A stretch of 64,000 bases of DNA from Pseudomonadales bacterium. Lineage in GTDB: Bacteria; Pseudomonadota; Gammaproteobacteria; Pseudomonadales; JAUIET01. This document shows, piece by piece, positions 9,785 through 18,806 of this stretch. Position 1 is the stretch's first letter. Every line of letters starts with the position of its first letter. A model generated the notes under the pieces. The model had not been told where the DNA came from and did not search any database. It was given only the letters and a program-made list of their open reading frames with translations. Location of the stretch: contig JBGCFQ010000020.1 in NCBI GenBank assembly GCA_045106985.1, forward strand, positions 138,429-202,428, written 5' to 3'. The position numbers and the translations under genes are program-made.

Positions 9785-9912
9785 GAAGGTCCCTGACAAT
9801 AAAACATTATGTTTCATGGGCTTCACTTGCAAAATGCAATCAGTGATTAAGCCCTGACTAGATGTAGTAAAGCAAGTGCTTTGCCAACTATCGAGCAAGT
9901 GGGTATTTTCTT

Positions 9913-10281
9913 CTAAACGGCCTTTAATATCTCAGAAGACGTGCTCGCCCAGCTTTGCTTTAAATCAGCCAACGCAGATTTCATAGCACCAGTTCTGGAA
10001 GATAAAGTTGAGGATTTTGCTGCCGACTCCAGCACGTAGCAATGCCTAGCTACGTCGGCGGCACCTAAATTTAGAGCGCTCCCTTTAAAGCTATGTGCAA
10101 CTTCTGCCATTCGAATAGAGTCTTTACGCTCAAGAAATTCTTCAAGTTGCCGAAGTCGACTTTCACTATCGGCTACAAATGCCTTTAGAAATTCATCAAA
10201 ATCGCCTTCCATCACGAATTTCATTTCGTCAAAGATTGCAAAATCAATTTTAGGATTCGATCTGTTGTTCAAAGTTGCCAT
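9913..10281 (-). CDS. Histidine phosphotransfer (HPt) domain protein
   Basis: 122-aa ORF carrying the HPt phospho-acceptor motif AHSFKGSALNLGA. It lies between fliJ and fliK. Confidence 0.8.
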   Translation of the reverse strand: MATLNNRSNPKIDFAIFDEMKFVMEGDFDEFLKAFVADSESRLRQLEEFLERKDSIRMAEVAHSFKGSALNLGAADVARHCYVLESAAKSSTLSSRTGAMKSALADLKQSWASTSSEILKAV

Positions 10282-10320
10282 CTACGGTCTTGCCTGAATA
10301 TTGAGGAGCAAGATCGAATT

Positions 10321-10902
10321 CTAACACTTATATAAAACCTTTATCTGGTTAGATCGAGGCTGCAGATGTACATCACTCGCTAGTTCCTTAACCAACGTCA
10401 AACCACGACCATTAAATGCTTCCAAGCTTTGAGCGCGGGAATGCGCCTCGAAAGACTTCTGGAATCCACTGCCTGAATCGGCCACTATTATTTGAAGGCT
10501 AGGTCGATCACTTGTATCCAGCATACACTCTACTCTAATCCAGCCTAGCGCCGATTGTTCCTGGCTCAGCAGCTGACGAAGTCTGGACTGTCGCTTATTA
10601 TCAAAGTCATAAAAACTGTTTTCGTCTGACTTATCCGTATCTGCCAGAGCCAGCACTCCATAATCCAGTGCATTTATGTAAAGTTCATTAACTATGGTGT
10701 GAACATTTTGCCGTGCAGAAGAGGGTAAACCCGTATTAACAAGCGCTTCAAGGATTTCGCTAACAGGACTGCTAGCCGCCAGTTCAACGCCTTTAAACTC
10801 AAACTCTAGAAACCAGCCGTGTTCGCGGGCACACTGCACATCACCGACCGGCTGAGAGCGGGAGTCTAGATTGCGTACTGTTCGCCGACGATCAAGAAAC
10901 AT
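10321..10902 (-). CDS. Stand-alone HATPase_c / anti-sigma-factor-type Ser kinase-like protein
   Basis: 193-aa ORF with Bergerat-fold boxes: an N-box-like NELYINALDYG, a G1 box ADSGSGF and a G2 box GRGLTLV. It has no REC, PP2C or STAS domain. Confidence 0.6.
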   Translation of the reverse strand: MFLDRRRTVRNLDSRSQPVGDVQCAREHGWFLEFEFKGVELAASSPVSEILEALVNTGLPSSARQNVHTIVNELYINALDYGVLALADTDKSDENSFYDFDNKRQSRLRQLLSQEQSALGWIRVECMLDTSDRPSLQIIVADSGSGFQKSFEAHSRAQSLEAFNGRGLTLVKELASDVHLQPRSNQIKVLYKC

Positions 10903-10987
10903 GTCAATTAAAAAAATGATGTACTTAGATTAAAGGTTAGCTCTTCATAGCTGTTCCTGCCGAATTTTTACAGCACTGATTCGTATT

Positions 10988-11464
10988 TTAGCGATTAGAG
11001 CGCCGGTCGAATGCACGACGCTGCTCAGACTCTTCCTCAGTTTGGCGGTCTGCCGCTTGCTCACTCAGCACATTTAATTGCCGAGTAGCACCGTGTAACT
11101 GATCTCCCATGTTCCGTTCACGACGACTGGCCGATATCCATAACTCTGTCGCCCTTTGCGTATAGCTTTGTATCGCTTGTATTTCCAGTTGCTGTCGTTC
11201 GATAACAGTTTGTAGACGACTCAGGAATAGTTGTTGGCGAACACGGTCTTTTACTCCAGTCTGCCGTTGAAGTTGTGCCTGGCGCATGTTTTCGAGGTAT
11301 TCATTGTAGTAATCCTGAAGACTCGATAGTTTTTGTTGCTCTATATGTTCTTTTTGTCGGCATTCGCCTAGCTGTCGGGCAACGGTTCTCTCTTCGCCGA
11401 CGAGCAGTTTGTGAACAGTTGCGAGCGCTTTAGTTCGGCGCTGAAGTCGTTTGATGGTAGCCAT
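10988..11464 (-). CDS. fliJ: Flagellar export chaperone FliJ
   Basis: 158-aa Gln/Arg-rich coiled-coil ORF immediately downstream of fliI. Confidence 0.85.
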   Translation of the reverse strand: MATIKRLQRRTKALATVHKLLVGEERTVARQLGECRQKEHIEQQKLSSLQDYYNEYLENMRQAQLQRQTGVKDRVRQQLFLSRLQTVIERQQLEIQAIQSYTQRATELWISASRRERNMGDQLHGATRQLNVLSEQAADRQTEEESEQRRAFDRRSNR

Positions 11465-11492
11465 TGCTTGCGTCTTTCTAAGCCATCAGGTC

Positions 11493-12863
11493 TTATGTAG
11501 CTTCAAGTTCTGTCGATTGGCTAGTTTCCGGCAAGGTCTGGTTAATAGGTGTATTCACCAACTGGCCAAGGTCTTGGGTTGCTCTCTGCATATCAACTCC
11601 GGCTTCCACTGCCTGTTGCAGGAATGCCTGCATAAATGGCCATTTTGCAACCGCAGCATCAGCAAGCGAGTTAGCGCCCTGTTGATAGGCCCCGATCGAG
11701 ATCAAGTCGCGAACATCATTGAAGGCCGCGTTCCATTGTTTGAATTGCATGGCCTGCTGCAATTGTCCGGCACCACAAATATTGGGCATTACCCGGCTAA
11801 CGGATGCGCCAACATCAATAGCCGGAAAGTGTCCTGCATCAGCTAAGTCCCGTGATAGAACGATGTGACCGTCCAGGATCGCTCTCGCGGCATCGGCCAC
11901 CGGGTCTTGAAGTTCGTCTCCATCGGTTAGAACGGTATAAATTGCAGTCAATGAGCCATTGCCATGTTCACCATTACCAGCGCGTTCCACCAAGGTAGGA
12001 AGCTTAGCAAACACAGAGGCCGGATAACCACGAGTTGCTGGCGGCTCGCCAGCGGCAAGCGCTACTTCGCGATGTGCCTGCGCATAGCGCGAAAGAGAGT
12101 CCATTAACAGCAAAACATGTTTGCCGCTGTCTCTAAAATGTTCTGCTATTCGAGTAGCGGTGTTTGCCGCGCGAATTCGCATCAGCGGCGTTTCATCGGC
12201 AGGAGAAGCGACAACAATGGCTTTGCGTCGGGTAGTTTCATTCATGTTGTGGTCGATAAACTCCCGCACTTCCCTACCCCTCTCACCGACCAGCCCAACC
12301 ACTACGACATCAGCCGCTGTATAGCGAGTAATCATGCCCAAGAGAGTGCTTTTACCGACACCACTGCCTGCGAAAAGTCCAATTCTCTGACCTCGCCCCA
12401 GAGTCAGTAGGCTATTGATAGATCGAACGCCAACGTCCAGGGGCGTGTTAATAGGTTGGCGTTGCATAGGGTTAATTCTTGGGCCAGTAAAGCGAACTGA
12501 TTGCTGGCACTTTATCTCTCCGTGATCGTCGAGAGGTTCTTCAAGCGCGTTAATAACGCGGCCCAGTAACGCGTCTCCAACGCCAATCAATCCGCTGCTA
12601 TCCAACGGCCTAACACGCGAACCAGGAAACAATTGGTTCTGACCAGCAAGTGCTACCAGGAATGAACGATCATCTTCGAAACCAACCACCTCCGCTTCAA
12701 CAGGTCTATGTTCGGGATGCTCTATAAGACAACGGCTACCCACTGCTGCACGCAGCCCGATGGCCTCGATTGTCAGACCAACGACCCTATGTATTCGCCC
12801 AGTTGCTTTTGGCTCCGGGGTAAATTCAAATTGGGATGCTGCTTGGCTTAGTTCTTCAAGCAT
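11493..12863 (-). CDS. fliI: Flagellum-specific ATPase FliI
   Basis: 456-aa ORF with Walker A GSGVGKST and Walker B VLLLMDS. It resembles an F1/T3SS ATPase. Confidence 0.95.
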   Translation of the reverse strand: MLEELSQAASQFEFTPEPKATGRIHRVVGLTIEAIGLRAAVGSRCLIEHPEHRPVEAEVVGFEDDRSFLVALAGQNQLFPGSRVRPLDSSGLIGVGDALLGRVINALEEPLDDHGEIKCQQSVRFTGPRINPMQRQPINTPLDVGVRSINSLLTLGRGQRIGLFAGSGVGKSTLLGMITRYTAADVVVVGLVGERGREVREFIDHNMNETTRRKAIVVASPADETPLMRIRAANTATRIAEHFRDSGKHVLLLMDSLSRYAQAHREVALAAGEPPATRGYPASVFAKLPTLVERAGNGEHGNGSLTAIYTVLTDGDELQDPVADAARAILDGHIVLSRDLADAGHFPAIDVGASVSRVMPNICGAGQLQQAMQFKQWNAAFNDVRDLISIGAYQQGANSLADAAVAKWPFMQAFLQQAVEAGVDMQRATQDLGQLVNTPINQTLPETSQSTELEAT

Positions 12864-12926
12864 TTCGCTTTCTCATTTTTGATCATAAGTCAGTTAGATC
12901 GGAACCACATTGGAGTGATCCAAGGG

Positions 12927-13664
12927 CTAACCCAGCCGGGCTGGTTCAAGCTGGGTTTTCAAGGCTGCGACTGCTTCATCTATCCTGTGCTCCACAGTGT
13001 GGTCAAGTAGAGCCCTGCGGGCCTCAATGATGCAATCGCCCGCTTTTAGAGTGGGGTCTGCAACTAGGCGCCAGTTTTGACTACTCTGATAACTCTCTAG
13101 TGAGTCGTAATCTAGTTGCGCAACTCTAACCTCAATGACCTGGTCTGCATCCGCGAGGCAGCCTACAGCCTGTTCAATGATGGCCTCCATGTTGGCTTGC
13201 CCGATGTGCAGTTCGGTCTGAGTGATACTACGGAGGAGCTTTTCTATCAGTTGCAGAATAAGTTGTCTTTCCTGTTGATTGTGTACGTTCATCGTTGATG
13301 GTAACGATGCCTCAATCTGGCTAATAACGCCCATTGCCGACTCCAGCGCTTTTGATGCTGACTCAGCGCCTTTCTTGGCCGCATCTTCATAACCCTTTTT
13401 TTCACCTTCGCATCGGCCCTGTTCGAAACCTTCTGCGCGGGCTGCACTCAGTAATTCCTCCAAGTCACTTTCAGTAACCCGCAAACGACCTTTATGCGGC
13501 TCATTTGTTTTTTCCGAAGTGGGCTCACTAACAAATGAAGGTAGTTGCGCCGCAGCCACGCCTTCTTGCTTAGCAACGTACACTACTTTTTCATCGCCAA
13601 TTTCGGGCAAGGTCCAGCTTTTCACGTCTGTTAGCTCCGCGGATGGAATTCTCAGGCTATCCAC
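12927..13664 (-). CDS. fliH: Flagellar assembly protein FliH
   Basis: 245-aa ORF between fliG and fliI, with an acidic, coiled central region and a FliH-type C-terminus. Confidence 0.85.
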   Translation of the reverse strand: MDSLRIPSAELTDVKSWTLPEIGDEKVVYVAKQEGVAAAQLPSFVSEPTSEKTNEPHKGRLRVTESDLEELLSAARAEGFEQGRCEGEKKGYEDAAKKGAESASKALESAMGVISQIEASLPSTMNVHNQQERQLILQLIEKLLRSITQTELHIGQANMEAIIEQAVGCLADADQVIEVRVAQLDYDSLESYQSSQNWRLVADPTLKAGDCIIEARRALLDHTVEHRIDEAVAALKTQLEPARLG

Positions 13665-13672
13665 AAGCAGGG

Positions 13673-14686
13673 CTACAACATTTCATCGCCGGAGCCACCG
13701 AGTGATATTTCGCCATCTTCAGCGAGCTTTTGTGCTTGCATAAGAATTTCGCGCTGGGCTTCTTCAACTTCGCTGACTCGAACAGGACCTTTCGCATCCA
13801 AATCATCCGCCAGAAGTTCCGCAGCACGCTTCGACATGTTGCCAAATATTTTTCCTTTAAGCTCCTCGCTAGCGCCTTTCAACGCCGTAATTAACTTGTC
13901 TGTATCAACTTCGCGTAGAACAACTTGAATACCTCGATCGTCCACATTGAGAAGATTCTCGAACACAAACATCAAGTCTCTGATTTGACCGGTAAGCTCT
14001 TCGTTCTGTTCATTAAGTTGCTCCAACACATCAGCTTCTACTTTCTTATCGATACTATTCAGTATTTCAGCCGCTATTCGACGCCCGCCCATTGGCCTTG
14101 CCTGGGTTTTTGCGTAGCCGGCAAATTGCTGCTCGAGTATCTCGTTAAGCTCTTGCAAGGCGGCCGGGTGCACGGTATCGAGCTCAGCCACTCTACGTAT
14201 GATTTCCAATCGTGTGGGCTCGGGCAGAAACTCAAGAATTTCTGCAGATTGATCTGCCTCTAAATACGCTATTACAATTGCCTGTATTTGAGGGTGTTCA
14301 TGTCGAATAATATCGGAGACTTTACGAGCCTCCATCCACTTGAGAGTTTCAAGGCCGGAACTCGACCCGCCCAGTCTGATTCTGTCCACCAAACTGTTGG
14401 CTTTGTCTTCTCCCAGCGCTTTAACCATGACATTACGTATGTAGTCATTGGAATCAACACCCAATCCAGTTTGGCCTCCCACATCTTGCAGTAAGCTGCT
14501 AGCTGCCGCGGCCACTTGTTCCTGCTGAACATTCTCTAGTGTGGTCATTGACGTGCCAATCGCCTGCACTTCTTTCGGCCCCATATTTTTCAGAATCGCA
14601 GCCGCATCCGCTTCACCAAGAGACATTAGCAAGATAGCCGCCTGATCAACTTTGGAAATGCCAACTTCGTCCTTTCCGTCACTCAC
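13673..14686 (-). CDS. fliG: Flagellar motor switch protein FliG
   Basis: 337-aa ORF. The N-terminal AAILLMSLGEADAAAILKNMGPKEVQAIG and the C-terminal torque-helix region are typical of FliG. Confidence 0.95.
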   Translation of the reverse strand: MSDGKDEVGISKVDQAAILLMSLGEADAAAILKNMGPKEVQAIGTSMTTLENVQQEQVAAAASSLLQDVGGQTGLGVDSNDYIRNVMVKALGEDKANSLVDRIRLGGSSSGLETLKWMEARKVSDIIRHEHPQIQAIVIAYLEADQSAEILEFLPEPTRLEIIRRVAELDTVHPAALQELNEILEQQFAGYAKTQARPMGGRRIAAEILNSIDKKVEADVLEQLNEQNEELTGQIRDLMFVFENLLNVDDRGIQVVLREVDTDKLITALKGASEELKGKIFGNMSKRAAELLADDLDAKGPVRVSEVEEAQREILMQAQKLAEDGEISLGGSGDEML

Positions 14687-16490
14687 TTTCGGCTACCCAC
14701 TTCTTAATCACCTGTGCCACACGATTAGGGTCTTGCTCAATAAGCCCTTTAATCGAATCCATCTGCTGATCAAAGCTTCCCGCTAAGGCCGGCACCATCT
14801 GATCGTTGCTACCATCAGGAAGCCCTGCGAAAGAACCGCCGGCTCCGCCCAGCGCCAAATTGCCTGCACCTGCTGCCTCTCTCTTTGCATCTTCTTGAGC
14901 CGCAAGAGCCGCTTCTACTGCCTTCTCTGTTTGCTGTGCAGTCGCTTGCTCTTCAGCAACTGATGGCAATGCCGCTGAACTTGCTGAAGCCGGTGCAGCC
15001 TTGCTGAGGTTTTTCAATGTTGGACGTAATACCGTGAATACTAGAACCAGCACGAATAAGCCGCCCAGACCTTGCTTGACCAAGCTCTTAAACCAAGCTT
15101 GCTCCCAAATTTGCGGGGCAACAAACACCGGGCCAGCTTCGGGTTTAACAAACTCTGCGTTGATAACACTGACAGAGTCCCCGCGGGCAGCACTAAAACC
15201 AACCGTGTCTTTTACTAATTGAGTGAGTTTTGCCAGCTCTTCTTCCGTCCAGGCCTGCGCAATATACTCAGGCGCCTTTTCCGCACCCTCTTCTTCACTC
15301 GTTTCTGCGTCAGCTCCTTCTTCAACAACCGGTTCAGCAGTATTCAATACCGACTTGTGGTCAACCACGACGGCAACCGATATGCGTTGAACTTTGCCCA
15401 CTTGATGGCGAGTATGGCTAATGGTGCGATCTAATTCGTAATTGCGAGTGGCTTGACGTTTACTAGTTGCACCTTTGCCCGCCGCTGCTGCGCCCGTTCC
15501 GCCCGGATTATCGGCCGTTAGCAGACTTTCTGGCGGAGGTTGATTTGTTAAAGCCCCAGGAACACCAGCGGCACCATTGGCTTCTCCAGCGCCACGTTGT
15601 TCTTCAAGCGTTTCTTCACTGCGTATAGATGGAAGATCCGGGTTGAATATTTCATCCGTCTGTTCCATCTCTGTAAAGTCCACGTCGATGGTGACCTCAG
15701 AGCGGTATTTGCCACTGCCGACGATGGGACCCAAAATGCTGTTTACCCGAGCACCGAAGTCCTGTTCTATCCTGTTCTTATAATCTAGCTGTTTGCTTGC
15801 TTGCTCCAGTTCGTTACCTATCTCCGAGCTCGAAAGCAGATTACCTTTTTGATCAACTATTGTTACGTCTTCAAGCTTTAACTCAGGAATACTAAAAGCA
15901 ACCATGTTGCGTATCGCTTGAACCTGCGGATTGGTAAGTGAGCTGCCGGAATAGAGCTCAACAAATATGGATGCACGCGGTCGCTTGGCGTTACGGACAA
16001 ACACAGACGCCTTTGGAATCGCTAAATGCACTCGCGCCGATCGAACCGAGTTAATATTGCTAATAGTTCGGCCCAACTCTCCTTCCAAACCGCGCCGATA
16101 GCGTGCAGTCTCCATAAATTGGCTGGTACCGAGCGACTGCTCCTGGTCGAGTACTTCAAGGCCTATTGAAGGATTGGCATTTATTCCGGCCGCTGCCAGC
16201 TTCAATCTGGCGCTGTGCAGTGTTTCTTCCTCAACCAAAAGATTCCCCGTTCTGGGATCTAGTTTGTATGGAATGTTGTTTGTACCGAGTATGTCTATCG
16301 CCTGGTTTGTATCCACGTATTCAAGATTGTCGAATAGCGGGCGATAGTCGCCTTCCTGACTCCATAGAACTACACCAAAGCCCATCGCAACACTTGCTGC
16401 AAGGCCTATCATAAGGCCGAGCTGACGCAGGATACCCAGCCCGTTAAAGCCTGCAAAACCTAGTACAGCGGTTGAATCAGAAGACGCCAC
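14679..16490 (-). CDS. fliF: Flagellar MS-ring protein FliF
   Basis: 603-aa ORF with N- and C-terminal TM segments and YscJ/FliF-like periplasmic domains. It overlaps the fliG start by 8 nt. Confidence 0.93.
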   Translation of the reverse strand: MASSDSTAVLGFAGFNGLGILRQLGLMIGLAASVAMGFGVVLWSQEGDYRPLFDNLEYVDTNQAIDILGTNNIPYKLDPRTGNLLVEEETLHSARLKLAAAGINANPSIGLEVLDQEQSLGTSQFMETARYRRGLEGELGRTISNINSVRSARVHLAIPKASVFVRNAKRPRASIFVELYSGSSLTNPQVQAIRNMVAFSIPELKLEDVTIVDQKGNLLSSSEIGNELEQASKQLDYKNRIEQDFGARVNSILGPIVGSGKYRSEVTIDVDFTEMEQTDEIFNPDLPSIRSEETLEEQRGAGEANGAAGVPGALTNQPPPESLLTADNPGGTGAAAAGKGATSKRQATRNYELDRTISHTRHQVGKVQRISVAVVVDHKSVLNTAEPVVEEGADAETSEEEGAEKAPEYIAQAWTEEELAKLTQLVKDTVGFSAARGDSVSVINAEFVKPEAGPVFVAPQIWEQAWFKSLVKQGLGGLFVLVLVFTVLRPTLKNLSKAAPASASSAALPSVAEEQATAQQTEKAVEAALAAQEDAKREAAGAGNLALGGAGGSFAGLPDGSNDQMVPALAGSFDQQMDSIKGLIEQDPNRVAQVIKKWVAESE

Positions 16491-16528
16491 GCGTTACATC
16501 CTTGTTCTTATTAGTTGGTTGCACATGC

Positions 16529-16903
16529 CTAAATAGGCATGTTCATTACTTCTTGATACGCTTCAACCAATCTGTTGCGTACTTGTGTCATAGCTTGAAA
16601 AGAGATGCTCGCTTTCTGGGAGGCAACCATTACATCACTGAGCGAAACCGTGGTATCACCTGTTTCGTAAGCGCTTTGCAGGGCCCCTGAAGCTTTTTGA
16701 ACCCCGTTAACTTGATCAATTGCTGAAGTCAGCACATTCTGAAAGTCAGGCTTTTGGACACCCTGATCAATTCCTCGCAGCTGCAAAGAATTTTGCGCTG
16801 CAGCGTCCTGCGTTGGTGGCTGAATGGCACTTGCCTGGGCCTGTTCACGCATCACACGCATTTGGCTCAACACATTATTTATATCAACTCTGCCGACATC
16901 CAT
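16529..16903 (-). CDS. fliE: Flagellar hook-basal body protein FliE
   Basis: 124-aa ORF whose C-terminus (SLSDVMVASQKASISFQAMTQVRNRLVEAYQEVMNMPI) is the FliE signature. It is the first gene of the fliE-J block. Confidence 0.9.
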   Translation of the reverse strand: MDVGRVDINNVLSQMRVMREQAQASAIQPPTQDAAAQNSLQLRGIDQGVQKPDFQNVLTSAIDQVNGVQKASGALQSAYETGDTTVSLSDVMVASQKASISFQAMTQVRNRLVEAYQEVMNMPI

Positions 16904-16945
16904 AAAATCACAACCCGGTTCAACTCTGATCAGTAATCAAGAGCG

Positions 16946-16971
16946 TGAGCAATAAGATGAGCTATTGCTCA
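16946..16971. promoter_or_regulatory. Perfect 9-bp inverted repeat in the fliE leader
   Basis: TGAGCAATA-agatgagc-TATTGCTCA lies 43-68 nt upstream of the fliE ATG. Confidence 0.4.
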
Positions 16972-17012
16972 TCATTCGAACAAATGATCAGAAAGCAGTC
17001 AGCCAGCAACAC

Positions 17013-17026
17013 GTCAATAAACTGTC
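17013..17026. promoter_or_regulatory. FleQ-box-like site in the fliE leader
   Basis: GTCAATAAACTGTC differs from the recalled consensus GTCaNTAAATTGAC at two positions. It sits between the candidate sigma54 promoter and the fliE ATG. Confidence 0.4.
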
Positions 17027-17134
17027 TACTTGTAAACTAAGCTTCAGAGCGCAGGATGCTTTGACGACTTTTTGACGCCAACCATGTTCTGCTCAATGAA
17101 GATACGTTCTCTTCCAAGCACTATGTGATTAAGA

Positions 17135-17152
17135 TTGCAGAATTCAGGCCAA
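17135..17152 (-). promoter_or_regulatory. Candidate sigma54 promoter for fliE
   Basis: The minus strand reads TTGGCCTGAATTCTGCAA, with GG and GC elements at the canonical 12-nt offset. It is about 230 nt upstream of fliE. Confidence 0.45.
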
Positions 17153-17171
17153 CTTTGCGCCGTTGATCGAT

Positions 17172-17627
17172 TTAAAAAATCCCCATCGCGGTGCCGGCCG
17201 CAATGCTCAGCCCAAGCTCTTCACATCGTTGCAATGTTTCGCTCGTTGCTTCACCAACCGACAGCACTGGCTCCGCCACTTTTCGCAGTGGGTAGCCTTT
17301 GGTAATTCGCTCAACAGCCGCAATAGCTCCAGTGCCATCATTGCCTGCGCCTACAAACAAGGCATAGGGCAAATTCAGTGCGTGGGGTTCTGCTGGGTAA
17401 AAGGTGCGATCAAAGAAGTCCTTTAGCGCACCCGACATATAGCCGAAGTTCTCTGGGGTGCCGAATATAAGCGCATCAGCGTCCAGTAGATCCTGAAGAA
17501 CAGCATCCTTTGCCATCAACATCCTGGTCTGGATCGAATCTTCTTGCAGGGCGCCGCGAAGCACGGCTTGTGCCATTGCTTCTACATGCCGCCCCTGGCT
17601 GTGGTAAATAATTCGAAGTTGTTTCAT
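17172..17627 (-). CDS. Flavodoxin-fold NAD(P)H-dependent FMN oxidoreductase family protein
   Basis: 151-aa ORF with the motif ALIFGTPENFGYMSGALKDFFDRTF, typical of flavodoxin-like fold reductases. Confidence 0.7.
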   Translation of the reverse strand: MKQLRIIYHSQGRHVEAMAQAVLRGALQEDSIQTRMLMAKDAVLQDLLDADALIFGTPENFGYMSGALKDFFDRTFYPAEPHALNLPYALFVGAGNDGTGAIAAVERITKGYPLRKVAEPVLSVGEATSETLQRCEELGLSIAAGTAMGIF

Positions 17628-17721
17628 TGCGGTAACGATAGATGTTCAGACTTCAGCGGCTACAGTACGTATTATAAGCGCTCATTAAGACCAGCACTAA
17701 TTGGATTAGAACGAACATTTT

Positions 17722-18738
17722 ATGAACAAAACAAATCGACAGTGGCTTCTTCATTCACGTCCTGAGGGAATGGTCAGTGAGGCCAACTTTTTACTTGCCG
17801 AAACACCGCTGCCCAAACCCGACTTGGCCGCTGGCGAGTTTCTGGTTCGCAATACCTACTTTAGCTTCGAACCCGCGATGCGAGGATGGATGGAAGACAA
17901 GCCAAGCTATCTCCCTCCTGTTGCCATAGGGGAGCCTATGCGGTCCACCGCTATTGGCGAAATTGTTCAATCGAATAATCCAGAGTTTCCTGAAGGCTCT
18001 TTGGTTCAAGGAATGTTTGGCTGGCAGGAGTATGCTATTGGTGGAGACGCCAGCCTATTCCCAGCCAACCTGCTGCCGGCCGACGTTCCTCCAACGATGC
18101 TGTTAAGTATTATGGGCGGCACCGCTCTAACGGCCTATTTTGGCCTATTGTACGTCGGCGAATTGAAAGAAGGCGACACAGTTTTGGTATCCGGCGCCGC
18201 CGGTGCGACAGGAAGCGTTGTTGCACAGATTGCAAAAATTAAAGGCTGCAAAGTAGTTGGCATCGCTGGAGGTGACGCCAAATGCAGCTGGTTGACTGAC
18301 GACGTAGGCATAGACCACACAATTGACTACAAGAGCGAGAACATGAAACAACGCATTGGGGAATTGTGTCCTGAAGGAGTAAATGTGTTCTTTGATAATG
18401 TAGGAGGCGATACTCTAGAAGCAGGCATCGAGCACATAGCTCAGTTTGGACGCATCGTTCTATGTGGGGCTATCTCTGAATACAATGACGAACAGCCGCG
18501 CTCAGGTCCGAATAACCTTATGAATCTGGTAAAATTCAGTGTACGTATGGAAGGTTTCATAATGTTCAATTACATTGACAAAATAGATGAGGCCTACGCT
18601 GACTTGGGTAACTGGCTTGCTGAAGGAAAGTTACTCTGGAAGGAAGATATTCAAGAGGGTTTCGAGAATATACCCGCTACTTTTCTAAGACTTTTCAGCG
18701 GCAGCAATGAAGGCAAGCAATTGCTAAAGGTAATTTAG
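17722..18738 (+). CDS. NADP-dependent alkenal/enone oxidoreductase (MDR superfamily, zinc-independent)
   Basis: 338-aa ORF with the cofactor motif VSGAAGATGSVVAQIAKIKGCKVVGIAG and the C-terminal FLRLFSGSNEGKQLLKV, typical of the YncB/CurA/PTGR group. Confidence 0.8.
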   Translation: MNKTNRQWLLHSRPEGMVSEANFLLAETPLPKPDLAAGEFLVRNTYFSFEPAMRGWMEDKPSYLPPVAIGEPMRSTAIGEIVQSNNPEFPEGSLVQGMFGWQEYAIGGDASLFPANLLPADVPPTMLLSIMGGTALTAYFGLLYVGELKEGDTVLVSGAAGATGSVVAQIAKIKGCKVVGIAGGDAKCSWLTDDVGIDHTIDYKSENMKQRIGELCPEGVNVFFDNVGGDTLEAGIEHIAQFGRIVLCGAISEYNDEQPRSGPNNLMNLVKFSVRMEGFIMFNYIDKIDEAYADLGNWLAEGKLLWKEDIQEGFENIPATFLRLFSGSNEGKQLLKVI

Positions 18739-18806
18739 CCTACACTTCCGCAAGCGATAAAAAGAACTTAGAGTAACACTAGATATGAATACCCGAAGGA
18801 CGTTCA

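Noticed and set aside
10903-10987. A sigma54-like CGGCAGGAACAGCT and a GTCAATTAAAAAAATGA sequence in the fliJ-kinase spacer.
   Set aside because: The GG-to-GC spacing is 10 nt, not 12. The GTCA half-site lacks a correctly spaced TGAC partner.
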